This document shows positions 1 through 9,277 of a stretch of 64,000 nt of DNA, in pieces. The position numbers and the translations under genes are program-made. The notes under the pieces are model-generated. The model was given only the letters and a program-made list of their open reading frames with translations. It was not told the origin of the DNA and did not search any database. The number at the start of each line of letters is the position of its first letter. The stretch's first letter is position 1. Origin of the DNA: Candidatus Pacebacteria bacterium CG_4_10_14_3_um_filter_34_15 (GTDB lineage: Bacteria; Patescibacteriota; Microgenomatia; UBA1400; PJMF01); NCBI GenBank assembly GCA_002783105.1, contig PFJN01000016.1, positions 15,034 through 79,033 of the forward strand. The letters are read 5' to 3'.

Positions 1-1
1 A

Positions 2-418
2 GAAGATGCGTTTCCTGCAAAAGAAATTTATCAGAAAAGAATTAGAAAAGAGGAATATTTATTAAAAGATTTACCAGAGCCAGAGGTATTTGGTAGTCAA
101 GATCCAGATATTTCATTCGTTGGCTGGGGTAGTGTTAAAAATACCATGTTAGATGTAATGGATATTTTAAATGAGCGCGGGAAAAAGAAAATTGCTTATT
201 TGCATTATGAATATGTTTATCCACTTAAAATTGGAGTTTTCCAAAATTTCGCTAAAAATGCCAAAAAATTGGTTCTGATTGAGAATAATGCGACCGGTCA
301 GTTGGGCAATTTAATTACTTCAAAAACTGGTGTTTTGTTTAAAAATAGACTGATGAAATTTGATGGCAGGCCTTTCTTTTTAGAAGATATTATCGAGTAT
401 ATTGAAAGTGAGGAGTAA
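2..418 (+). CDS. 2-oxoacid:ferredoxin oxidoreductase alpha subunit (KorA/PorA-like), C-terminal part; 5' end lies outside the window
   Basis: The reading frame is open from position 2 to the TAA at 416-418. The translation (..FVGWGSVKNTMLDVMDILNERGKK..) resembles the C-terminal domain of KorA-type alpha subunits. The gene is immediately followed by a TPP-binding beta subunit. Confidence 0.55.
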   Translation, partial: EDAFPAKEIYQKRIRKEEYLLKDLPEPEVFGSQDPDISFVGWGSVKNTMLDVMDILNERGKKKIAYLHYEYVYPLKIGVFQNFAKNAKKLVLIENNATGQLGNLITSKTGVLFKNRLMKFDGRPFFLEDIIEYIESEE

Positions 419-419
419 T

Positions 420-1331
420 ATGTCTTGCATTACTTGTAATTCAACTACCACTCCCACAATGAAAGACTTTCAATCAAAGAATATCTTTACATGGTGTACT
501 AACTGTGGAAACTATGGAATTCATACTGCAATAAGGAGAGCATTAGTATCAAAGAAAATTTCAGCTTGTAATACACTTACCTGTTTTGATATTGGTTGTA
601 ATGGTAATGGATCTGACAAAATTGGTGGATATAATTTTCATGGTTTGCATGGAAGGTCAATTCCATTGGCAGTTGGAGCAGAAATGGCTAACAGAAAAAT
701 AACGGTAATTGCTTTTGGTGGTGACGGTGGAACTTTGGGCGAAGGCATAGGACATTTAGTTCATGCAGTTAGAGGAAATTACAACATTACTTTTGTTTTA
801 CATAATAATTTAAATTACGGATTAACCAAGGGACAAGCTTCAGTAACAACAAAAAAGAACATGAAGATGAATTCATCACCTGACGGGACCAACTCTGAAC
901 TCTTACACCCAGCTAGATTTGTCTTGTCTTTAGAATCAACATTTGTAGCTAGAAGTTTTTCAGGTGACGTAAAACACATGAGCAAGGTCTTTGAACAAGC
1001 TTTAGATCATAAAGGTTTTAGTTTTGTAGAAATCTTACAAAGCTGTCCAACCTACAATAAAGAAACTCCTCACGAGTGGTATATGGATCGAGTTTACGAT
1101 GTGGAAACTATTGATGGCTATGATAATTCCAATAGGGAATTAGCACTAAAAACCGCTCAAGACCAAGAGGAAAGAATTGCCATTGGTGTTTTATATCAAG
1201 ACAAAAAAAGCGTGCCACAAATCGATAGACAGCTTAACAGAAATGGAGCGATGGGAACTAAAATTGAGACAGAGCCGTATGAAGAAACAAGACAATACGA
1301 TATTTCAAAATTACTAGAGAAATTTAGATAA
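420..1331 (+). CDS. 2-oxoacid:ferredoxin oxidoreductase beta subunit (TPP-binding, KorB-like)
   Basis: The translation begins MSCITCNSTT..WCTNCGNYG.. and carries a GGDG TPP-binding motif (AFGGDGGTLGEG). A GAGGAG RBS at 410-415 sits just before the ATG at 420. The track's TTG at 402 is in the same frame but lacks an RBS. Confidence 0.75.
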   Translation: MSCITCNSTTTPTMKDFQSKNIFTWCTNCGNYGIHTAIRRALVSKKISACNTLTCFDIGCNGNGSDKIGGYNFHGLHGRSIPLAVGAEMANRKITVIAFGGDGGTLGEGIGHLVHAVRGNYNITFVLHNNLNYGLTKGQASVTTKKNMKMNSSPDGTNSELLHPARFVLSLESTFVARSFSGDVKHMSKVFEQALDHKGFSFVEILQSCPTYNKETPHEWYMDRVYDVETIDGYDNSNRELALKTAQDQEERIAIGVLYQDKKSVPQIDRQLNRNGAMGTKIETEPYEETRQYDISKLLEKFR

Positions 1332-1348
1332 TAGGTTATTCATAAAAA

Positions 1349-3952
1349 TTATTTTTTCAAATATTGTTTGATATAAATCCATTTGAAAATTTCAATTGAG
1401 GCAATTACCCCAAAGCTAATTGTAAAGACAATTAACCAGTCTGTGAGACTCAAAGCAGTAGTCCCCAATAGATTTTGCAGAGGTTTTAAATGAACTGAAA
1501 AGATAGTTAAAATTATTCCAAATAATGAAGCTATGACAAGCCACATATTTTTAAAAATAGATTCATGCCAAATATTTTTAGTTAACGATCTACAAGAAAA
1601 AACATAAAGAAGTGAATCAATACTAAGAGTTGCAAAAACCATTGTTCTAGCGAGTTCTTCGCCCCTTTGTTGCCAATCAATCCAGAAAATCGCAAGACAA
1701 CTAAGGGCAGTTGTTAAGGAGATAATTATAATGAGAAATAGCATCTCGTTGTCGATAAGTCTTGTTTTTGGAGAAAGTGGTTTCCTTTTCAAGAGATCAT
1801 GGTCCTTGGGATCAATTGTCAGCGCTAAGTTTGGCAGGCCATCATCAATTAAATTTATCCATAAGATTTGTACGGCCGTAATTGCGGCTGGCCAACCCAT
1901 CAGAAGACTAACTAAAACAATTATAATTTCAGAAAATGAGTCGCTAAGTAAATACAAGGCCACTTTTTTTAGGTTTTCAAGCATCGATCTACCTTCTTCC
2001 ACAGAGGCAGTAATTGTTTCCATATTAGAATCTAGTAATATTAAATCAGCAGTCTCTTTAGCAATTTCACTTGCTTCTTCTACAACTATTCCTATATTAG
2101 AAACAGCTAGTGCAGGGGCATCATTAACTCCATCACCCATCATTCCAACGATTTCCCCATTGGCTTGCAAGGCCTTTACAATTCTAAGTTTTTGAGATGG
2201 TTTGGTTCTGGAAAATAAGAGAATTGAGTTAACTCTGCTTTTTAGTTCGTCATCGCTCATTTTTTCTAGTTCTTGTCCTTCGATAATCTGATCACTTTTG
2301 ACATTAAAGCCTATTTTTTCCATCACAGCCAATGCAGTAGTTCTAAAATCTCCAGTGATTACTTTTATATTAATTCCAGCTTCTTGGGTCTTTTTAATAG
2401 AAGCTTTTACTGAAGGCCTAATAGGATCATCAAAGGCCATTAAACCTAGCCAATTTATTATTTTTTTATTAACATCATCTTTTTTAAGTTTTGAAAATAC
2501 TTCTTTTGCTTCATCATCTGATTCGCATTTAATATATGCAAAACCAATCAACCGTCTTCCTTTTTGGGCCCAGTTTTCAATTAGATTTTCATATTCGTTA
2601 ATGATACTTGTGGTGGAATTAGAACGTAATAACATTTCTTCAGGAGCTCCAGAAAGATAAATAAATTCTTTGTGTCTGGTAGCTAGAAATCTTCTTTCAA
2701 CAGAGAAGGGAATAATTTCGTCTCGTTCTTCTTGTAGAACTAATTCTTCAGGGGCAACCAATTTATTTTTTGTTACTCCTATACTATTGTCTTTGGAAAC
2801 TTTTAATGCCCACTGCCATCTAGCGAGTTCAATTGGATCTTTAAGATCATTTGCTAGCGTACTAGCTTTATAAGCAAAAAGTTTGTCGGTTAGTTTAGTT
2901 TCAACTACTCTCATTTTTCCCTCAGTAAGGGTTCCAGTTTTGTCGACACAAACCGTAGTTACGCTTCCTAAGGTTTCTGCAGCGACTAAAGATTTAACTA
3001 AGCCTTTTCTTTTCAGAATTCGGTGCATGCCAATCGCCAAAATTGCAGTTAGCCCTACCACGAGACCTTCTGGAATGGCAGCAACTGCGAGAGCAACGGC
3101 TGTTGTAAACATTTCAATTGGATCTTTTTTCAATACTATTCCAGTTATAAAGATCAATATTGAAAGTAAAATAATTCCAATTGTTATAAACTTTGCAAGT
3201 TGATCGAGTTTTACTTCAAGAGGGGTTTTAACCATTCTATTTTCTACTAAATGTGCAGCTATCTTGCCCATTTCAGTTTTCATTCCTGTCGAGGTGACGA
3301 GAACTTTTCCTGAACCACCGACTACGGTTGTGCCCATATATAAGATATTGATAGTTTTAGAGTTGTTTGTTTTAGTAGCCTGAATGATAAATTCATTGAT
3401 TGTTTCTTCAGAAATATGACTTTTAAATTCTTTTTTTGAGACAGGAACGCTTTCACCAGTTAATAGTGCTTCATTAATTAGCAAATCATTGTCTTCGATA
3501 ATAATTCCATCCGCAGGAACTTTATCACCTTCATAAAGTACTACAATATCACCCGGAACAATCTTAGAAATTTCAATTTTGATTTTCTGGCCAATTTTTT
3601 CAAAATCATTATTTCTAATTACCCAGGCTTCATGTGTGACAACTTTTTTTAAAGCATCTAGAGATTTGTAAGCTTTTCTTTCTTGAATAAAGCCCAAAAT
3701 GGTATTAACAATTATTGCCAAAGATATTACAAAGGCGTCTGAAAAATCACCAACAATAGCAGTAATTATAGTTGCAATTATTAAGACTAAAACTAAAGGA
3801 TTTTGAAATTGTTTAAAAACAAAATATAAATCTGTAGGTGGTTTTTTCCCAACTAATTGATTTGGGCCGAATATATCAAGCTGTTTTTTTGCATATTCGC
3901 TATTTAATCCAGATGATTTTAATTCATTAAGGGAAAAAATAGATTCATTCAT
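1349..3952 (-). CDS. P2-type cation-transporting P-type ATPase (Ca2+/Mg2+-ATPase-like)
   Basis: 867 aa with the DKTGTLT phosphorylation motif, TGES, PEGL (which marks type P2), GDGVNDAPAL, and multiple TM helices. Confidence 0.9.
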   Translation of the reverse strand: MNESIFSLNELKSSGLNSEYAKKQLDIFGPNQLVGKKPPTDLYFVFKQFQNPLVLVLIIATIITAIVGDFSDAFVISLAIIVNTILGFIQERKAYKSLDALKKVVTHEAWVIRNNDFEKIGQKIKIEISKIVPGDIVVLYEGDKVPADGIIIEDNDLLINEALLTGESVPVSKKEFKSHISEETINEFIIQATKTNNSKTINILYMGTTVVGGSGKVLVTSTGMKTEMGKIAAHLVENRMVKTPLEVKLDQLAKFITIGIILLSILIFITGIVLKKDPIEMFTTAVALAVAAIPEGLVVGLTAILAIGMHRILKRKGLVKSLVAAETLGSVTTVCVDKTGTLTEGKMRVVETKLTDKLFAYKASTLANDLKDPIELARWQWALKVSKDNSIGVTKNKLVAPEELVLQEERDEIIPFSVERRFLATRHKEFIYLSGAPEEMLLRSNSTTSIINEYENLIENWAQKGRRLIGFAYIKCESDDEAKEVFSKLKKDDVNKKIINWLGLMAFDDPIRPSVKASIKKTQEAGINIKVITGDFRTTALAVMEKIGFNVKSDQIIEGQELEKMSDDELKSRVNSILLFSRTKPSQKLRIVKALQANGEIVGMMGDGVNDAPALAVSNIGIVVEEASEIAKETADLILLDSNMETITASVEEGRSMLENLKKVALYLLSDSFSEIIIVLVSLLMGWPAAITAVQILWINLIDDGLPNLALTIDPKDHDLLKRKPLSPKTRLIDNEMLFLIIIISLTTALSCLAIFWIDWQQRGEELARTMVFATLSIDSLLYVFSCRSLTKNIWHESIFKNMWLVIASLFGIILTIFSVHLKPLQNLLGTTALSLTDWLIVFTISFGVIASIEIFKWIYIKQYLKK

Positions 3953-4065
3953 CTTTTAATCTTATTATTTATTGATCTGATGTGCAATAGACCCATGTAC
4001 AAGATTCACGTACCTTTGTTAAAAACAATGTCTTTTGTTATAGTAGATTATTAGGAAAATTGATT

Positions 4066-4929
4066 ATGCCAGATAAATTTACAGCTACTTGGGTTTCTCA
4101 TTCATCAATTGGAGACTTTTTAAAATGTTCCAGATCTTATTATTTAAAAAATATCTATAAAGATCCAAATACTGGAAATAAACTACAACTTACTTCAGCA
4201 CCACTATCTTTGGGATCTGCAGTTCATGAAGTTATTGAAGCTTTATCTGCAATTCCAACTAAAGATCGTTTTAAGGATTCTCTTCTAGAAAAATTTGATA
4301 ATGCATGGAAAAAATATTCAGGCAAAATAGGTGGTTTTATAAGTGAAGCGCAGGAAGAAGAATTTAAAAAGGAAGGTCAAAAAATGATCAGGAAAATCAT
4401 TCAAAACCCCGGTCCTTTAAAGACTCTTTCAGTTAAAATCAAAGAGGATCTGCCATATTATTGGTTATCAGATGAAGACAATATAATTTTATGTGGCAAG
4501 ATTGATTGGCTTGAGTACTTACCAGCTACTGATGGAGTTCATGTCATTGATTTTAAAACTTCAAAAAAAGAAGAAGATGAAAACTCTCTTCAACTTCCCA
4601 TTTATCATCTTTTAGTTAAGAATACTCAAAATAGAAAAGTCGAAAAAGTAAGTTATTGGTATCTTCGATTGAGTGATAAATTACAAGAACAACCATTGCC
4701 AAATTTGGAAGAAGCTCATGAGAAAATTTTGGCAATTGCAAAGAAAATGAAAACTGCGCGTAAACTCAATGTTTTTAAATGTCCTGAAGGAGAGAATGGT
4801 TGCTTTGCATGCAAGCCTATAGAGTCAGTAATACGTGGGGAAGCAGAATTTGTTGGTGTTGGTGGTTACAAAAGAGACGTCTACATTTTGAATTCCCAAG
4901 AAGTTGATAATAGTAGTACTATTTTATAG
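4066..4929 (+). CDS. PD-(D/E)XK nuclease superfamily protein, Cas4/AddB-like with a 4-Cys cluster
   Basis: There is an N-terminal Cys (FLKCSRSYY), and the nuclease motifs GKIDWLEY and VIDFKTSKK fit a D..E/D-x-K pattern. The C-terminal triad CPEGENGCFACKP gives C-x6-C-x2-C. An ATG at 4066 is preceded by AGGAAAA, and the track's TTG at 4060 is in the same frame. Confidence 0.6.
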   Translation: MPDKFTATWVSHSSIGDFLKCSRSYYLKNIYKDPNTGNKLQLTSAPLSLGSAVHEVIEALSAIPTKDRFKDSLLEKFDNAWKKYSGKIGGFISEAQEEEFKKEGQKMIRKIIQNPGPLKTLSVKIKEDLPYYWLSDEDNIILCGKIDWLEYLPATDGVHVIDFKTSKKEEDENSLQLPIYHLLVKNTQNRKVEKVSYWYLRLSDKLQEQPLPNLEEAHEKILAIAKKMKTARKLNVFKCPEGENGCFACKPIESVIRGEAEFVGVGGYKRDVYILNSQEVDNSSTIL

Positions 4930-4938
4930 TTTTTTTGT

Positions 4939-5247
4939 ATGCTGGTTTTGCGGTATACTTATTCCATGAAAGAAAGTATCAGTGATTTACAGACTAGTAT
5001 TAATGAATTAGAGAAATCAGTCTCATTTTTGGGGGAACAAATTAGAAAGCAAAATTCATATAGAAGAAATGTTAGTTTATCTGTAGTACGTGGATTTAGC
5101 ACAGCGGTGGGAGCCACAGTTATTTTTGGTGTTATTTTGGCTTTGCTAGTTAAAACTATTAGTTCAATTGATTATGTTCCAATAATCAACAATTTAATGA
5201 GTTCAGAGGCTATTGAAAGTTTTATTGCTAAGTTTACGCAACCGTAA
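4939..5247 (+). CDS. hypothetical small membrane protein (one predicted TM helix)
   Basis: The 102-aa ORF is tightly packed between neighbouring genes and has a hydrophobic segment, AVGATVIFGVILALLV. An alternative ATG lies at 4966. Confidence 0.4.
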   Translation: MLVLRYTYSMKESISDLQTSINELEKSVSFLGEQIRKQNSYRRNVSLSVVRGFSTAVGATVIFGVILALLVKTISSIDYVPIINNLMSSEAIESFIAKFTQP

Positions 5248-5272
5248 TTTGTTATAGTAATAAGTAGTAATT

Positions 5273-6040
5273 ATGTCCCAAAATTTAAAATTTACTACAG
5301 CAATTAGTGGCAATACTTCTCAGGGTTTAGTTTTAAGAAATCAAAAGTTGGAGGGCTTAATCAAAGAAGCTGATTTTGTAAGCACATTTTTTCTTTCTTT
5401 AGTTGGCCGAAAGCCAAAAGATGCAGAAAAAACAATTTTGAACGCTATTCTAGTTTCTGCGATCGATCACGGAATTAATCCTGCAAGTGGATTTGTACCT
5501 CGCGTAGTAGCTTCTTCTGGGGGAGATGTTCTTTCAGCCATGGCTGCTTCATTGTTAGCAATAGGGCCATATCACGGTGGAGCTATTTCGGCTGCTATGA
5601 ATATTTTTAAAACTATCAATGAAGAAGGTTCTGACATCGAAAAAGCTTGCAATAATTTAGTTGATTCATATAGTGTTGATAAAAAAAGAATTCCAGGATT
5701 TGGTCATCCGGTTTATAAAGATTTCGATCCTAGAGCAAAAGAATTATTTGATTTAGCAAGAAAAAATGACATGGATATTCAGTTTATGAATATCGCCAAA
5801 CAACTCGAACATTCATTGGATGACAAGCTGAGTTACAAAATAAAGAAAAAATTAATTTTGAACATTGATGGAGCAATTGCTGCCTTGCTATTGACCATAG
5901 GAATTGACTCAATGGCTGGTAATGCTATTTTTGGTTTGGCAAGAGTAGCGGGGAGTATTGCTCACATTGTTGAAGAGCAAAAATCTGATAAAGGTGTCAG
6001 GCGTCTTACAGATGAAGATGTGGAGTATATATCAACATAA
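5273..6040 (+). CDS. citrate synthase family protein, short form (citryl-CoA lyase-like)
   Basis: 255 aa containing GFGHPVYKDFDPRAKEL, the citrate synthase GFGHRVY signature with the catalytic His. The PYHGGAISAAMN region matches the CoA-binding region. It is too short for a full citrate synthase. Confidence 0.6.
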   Translation: MSQNLKFTTAISGNTSQGLVLRNQKLEGLIKEADFVSTFFLSLVGRKPKDAEKTILNAILVSAIDHGINPASGFVPRVVASSGGDVLSAMAASLLAIGPYHGGAISAAMNIFKTINEEGSDIEKACNNLVDSYSVDKKRIPGFGHPVYKDFDPRAKELFDLARKNDMDIQFMNIAKQLEHSLDDKLSYKIKKKLILNIDGAIAALLLTIGIDSMAGNAIFGLARVAGSIAHIVEEQKSDKGVRRLTDEDVEYIST

Positions 6041-6091
6041 AATAGTGTTATTATTTTGTTTTGAAATAAGTAGGTAAATTGGAGAAAACTA

Positions 6092-6769
6092 ATGAACGTA
6101 ATCACATATTTAATCAGTTTTATTTTGCATTTAGATCAACATTTAGCTGAAATAATTTCAGCCTATGGATCACTAACTTATCTGATTTTCTTTTTAATTG
6201 TTTTTGCAGAAACCGGCTTGGTAGTATTTCCTTTTTTACCAGGTGATTCATTATTATTTGCAGCCGGGACATTTGCGGCTCTTGGTTCTTTAAATTTTAT
6301 AGCTACATTTTTAATTTTGTTTATTGCTGCAGTTCTTGGAGATTCAGTAAATTATTGGATTGGAAATATCTTTGGGAAAAAAATTGTTGATAATCCTAAA
6401 ATTACTTTTATTAATCAAGAGCACATTGATAAAACAGAAGCATTCTATAAAAAATACGGTGCTAAAACAATTATTTTAGCTAGATTTGTACCAATTGTCC
6501 GTACCTTTGCTCCATTTGTTGCTGGAGTTGGTAAAATGAATTATCAGCATTTCTTTGTATATAATGTTCTAGGAGGTTTCGCTTGGGTGACACTATTCAT
6601 GACACTTGGATACTTCTTTGGAAATGTTGAAATCGTCAAAGAACACTTTTCAGTTGCAATACTAGCAATTATTGGTATATCAGTTATTCCAATGGTCGTA
6701 GAATACATTAAGCAGAAAAATACTCCATCTACTCTAATTAAAGTTCTAGAAAAAGTTGTTAATAAATAA
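6092..6769 (+). CDS. DedA/SNARE-associated family membrane protein
   Basis: It carries the VFPFLPGDSLLFAAG motif and the multiple TM helices typical of the DedA family. Confidence 0.8.
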   Translation: MNVITYLISFILHLDQHLAEIISAYGSLTYLIFFLIVFAETGLVVFPFLPGDSLLFAAGTFAALGSLNFIATFLILFIAAVLGDSVNYWIGNIFGKKIVDNPKITFINQEHIDKTEAFYKKYGAKTIILARFVPIVRTFAPFVAGVGKMNYQHFFVYNVLGGFAWVTLFMTLGYFFGNVEIVKEHFSVAILAIIGISVIPMVVEYIKQKNTPSTLIKVLEKVVNK

Positions 6770-6777
6770 CAAATTTT

Positions 6778-7356
6778 ATGGAATATCCAAAATCATCTCA
6801 GCCAATGCCCAAAACTGCAAAGCAAGTTTTTAAGGGAAAAATTTTTGAAGTTTGGCAGTGGCAGCAAACCATGTTTGATGGCTCAGTTAAAACTTTTGAA
6901 AAAGCAAAAAGAAATTCCTCAGTTGGAATTTTTCCAGTTACAGCAGATGGAAAAATTATTGTCACATCACAAGCACAGCCTTTAATGAAGCCATTTATTA
7001 GTTTAATAGGTGGTGTTGTTGATGAGGGTGAGTCTCCATTAAAGGCCGCTGAGCGAGAACTCATGGAAGAAGCAGGCTTTCAAGCAAAAAGTTTAGATCT
7101 TTGGTTTTCTGTTCAACCAGTCACAAAAATTGAGTGGCCAATATTTATATATATTGCAACAGGTTGTAAAAAAGTTGCCGAGCAAACTTTGGACTCTGGT
7201 GAAAAAATTAAATTAAAGTATGTCGATTGGGATGAATTTCTCGAAATAGTTGTTCAGGATGATTTTAGAGATTATGAAATTGCTTTGAGGTTTTTAAAAG
7301 CGATGCAGAGAGAAGGCGAGTTAGAAAAAATTAAGCAGCTTATTTTTTCGCAATAG
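6778..7356 (+). CDS. NUDIX hydrolase
   Basis: The Nudix box GGVVDEGESPLKAAERELMEEAGF matches the consensus GX5EX7REUXEEXGU. Confidence 0.75.
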   Translation: MEYPKSSQPMPKTAKQVFKGKIFEVWQWQQTMFDGSVKTFEKAKRNSSVGIFPVTADGKIIVTSQAQPLMKPFISLIGGVVDEGESPLKAAERELMEEAGFQAKSLDLWFSVQPVTKIEWPIFIYIATGCKKVAEQTLDSGEKIKLKYVDWDEFLEIVVQDDFRDYEIALRFLKAMQREGELEKIKQLIFSQ

Positions 7357-8323
7357 CTTCTATAGCTAATTTTATTTCATTTTCATGTGTATGTGCCAAA
7401 AAGCCAATAAAAATTAAAATATTTTCTGCTATTGAGCCAATCCCAGGAGTATTTTCTTGATTTTTTAGCAACACAAAATCAGTTCTTTTTCCTACGGAGT
7501 TCATTAAATAAAATTTATCATCGGTTAGTTTGACAAACCCCTTAATTCTAAAGATATTTTTTGGAGTTTCATTAATCGTTTTTTCTAATTCATCTTTGTT
7601 AAATTTCCCAAGTGGCTTGAGATTAAAGGTTTGAATTTGATCTTCTTGAATGTGGTCTGTGTTTGGTTGACCAGCATTTGGATTTTCAACTTCTGCTAGC
7701 AAAGTGGGCAAATCTTTTGAGTTAAGGCCAAAAACAAGTTTTGATGAGATTTTTCCGTTCGGTGCCTCAATAATTGGTGAGTGAGCATTCAGTTCACGAA
7801 CATAACCAACCACTGCTTTTTTTTTGGCAATATCGACTAGCTCAATTTTATTAAAAATTATTAAATCGGTAAATTTGGTTTGGTTTTGGGCGGTGACGCT
7901 AAGATCTTTGTAGCCTTCAAAATTTACTACATCAATTATTCCAATTACTCCATCACGAGCTAAATTTGGATGCAAAGAAATCATCAGAGCAAGTGCTGAG
8001 GGATCGGCGGCTCCAGAAGCTTCAATAATTATTTTGTCTGGTGAAAAAGTTTCGACAATTTCGTTAATTGAGCTAATGAACGGTCCAACTAAAGTGCAAC
8101 ATATACAACCATTTAAAAGCTCTTTGGTTTTTATGCCCTTACCTTCTAAAACTTTGCCGTCTATGTCAGTATCACCAATTTCATTTTTAATATAAATGAC
8201 TTGCTGGTTATTTGCTTGGAGTTCATCTATCAAATTTGAAATAATTGTTGTTTTTCCAGATCCTAAAAAACCTGAAAAGACAGTGGTGGGGATTTTGTTT
8301 TTTTGTATTTTTAGTTCATTCAT
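7340..8323 (-). CDS. COG0523/CobW-family GTPase (putative metallochaperone)
   Basis: It has a P-loop, GFLGSGKTT, and a GCICCT metal-binding motif. Confidence 0.75.
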   Translation of the reverse strand: MNELKIQKNKIPTTVFSGFLGSGKTTIISNLIDELQANNQQVIYIKNEIGDTDIDGKVLEGKGIKTKELLNGCICCTLVGPFISSINEIVETFSPDKIIIEASGAADPSALALMISLHPNLARDGVIGIIDVVNFEGYKDLSVTAQNQTKFTDLIIFNKIELVDIAKKKAVVGYVRELNAHSPIIEAPNGKISSKLVFGLNSKDLPTLLAEVENPNAGQPNTDHIQEDQIQTFNLKPLGKFNKDELEKTINETPKNIFRIKGFVKLTDDKFYLMNSVGKRTDFVLLKNQENTPGIGSIAENILIFIGFLAHTHENEIKLAIEAIAKK

Positions 8324-8338
8324 AAATTGAGTTTTGAG

Positions 8339-9145
8339 TTATAAACATTCTAGATTTTTATGAGAAAGTATTCCAAAATTAACTCCACTGGCGCTTGATT
8401 CGATAATTTTAACTTTCCATTTATTCTCAAATTCTTTCATTTTCTTTTGGGTGTGAGTGATGTCTAACTCTAGTAAGATTTCACCATTTTTTGAAAGTTG
8501 CTCTTCAGCTTGTTTCAAAAGTTTTCTAACTAAGTCTAATCCATCTGGTCCGCCATCCAATGCTAAGTGAGGTTCAAAATCTTTTACTGAATTGTCTAGA
8601 ATTTTTATTCTAGCCGATGGAATATATGGAAGATTGGCAATAATTAAATCAATACTGTTATCAGGATTGCCAAGTTTGTCAAGGTTTACACGATCATTAA
8701 GTTCAGCTAATAGATCAGATTTAATGAAACTTATTGGAAGTTTTGGATTAATATTCTGTAAGTTTATTCTAGCTATTTCTAGTGCGTCGAGTGAAATATC
8801 TAGGCCAGTAATTTGAAAGGCTATTCCTAATTTACTAAATTTTTTAGCTACACTAATTGCGATAGCTCCAGAGCCAGTGCCTACATCAACAATTTGGAGA
8901 ATTTGATTATGATTATTCTTTTTGCCAAGAATTTCAGATTTATTAACAGCCAATTCAACTAACTCTTCAGTTTCAATTCTAGGAATAAGTACGCTGGGAG
9001 ATACTAATAAATCTAATCCGAGAAACTCAACATGGCCTGTTATATATTCTACAGGTGCGTCCGTGTTCAGCAATTCTTCAAGATTTATTCCATATTTCAG
9101 CATTTGATTTTTTTCGTACGGAGTGAGTATTCTTTTATTAAGCAT
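8339..9145 (-). CDS. prmC: release factor glutamine N5-methyltransferase PrmC/HemK
   Basis: It has a SAM-binding motif, VDVGTGSGAIAI, and the NPPY-type catalytic motif IIANLPYIP. Confidence 0.8.
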   Translation of the reverse strand: MLNKRILTPYEKNQMLKYGINLEELLNTDAPVEYITGHVEFLGLDLLVSPSVLIPRIETEELVELAVNKSEILGKKNNHNQILQIVDVGTGSGAIAISVAKKFSKLGIAFQITGLDISLDALEIARINLQNINPKLPISFIKSDLLAELNDRVNLDKLGNPDNSIDLIIANLPYIPSARIKILDNSVKDFEPHLALDGGPDGLDLVRKLLKQAEEQLSKNGEILLELDITHTQKKMKEFENKWKVKIIESSASGVNFGILSHKNLECL

Positions 9146-9277
9146 GAATTCTTTAATTTAGAGTCTAAACTACTACATTTAATAGTACTTGTATTTTTTG
9201 TTATTTTGTACGAAGATAAAAAAGCATCTCAAAGTTGCAAATTTATTATTCATTATAACAATAGAAAGATATAACAA

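Noticed and set aside
402-419. TTG start at 402 for korB, and TTG/GTG track starts for rpsL (26528), rplX (36869), rplO (39825), secY (40315)
   Set aside because: They are in-frame upstream extensions produced by the ORF caller. Each would overlap the preceding gene or add non-homologous residues, and a downstream ATG/GTG with an RBS and canonical N-terminal homology is present in each case.
1731-3203. Four ORFs (154, 120, 67, 106 aa) on the + strand inside the P-type ATPase gene
   Set aside because: They lie antisense to a strongly supported 867-aa CDS and have low-complexity Ser/Ile-rich translations. They are shadow ORFs.
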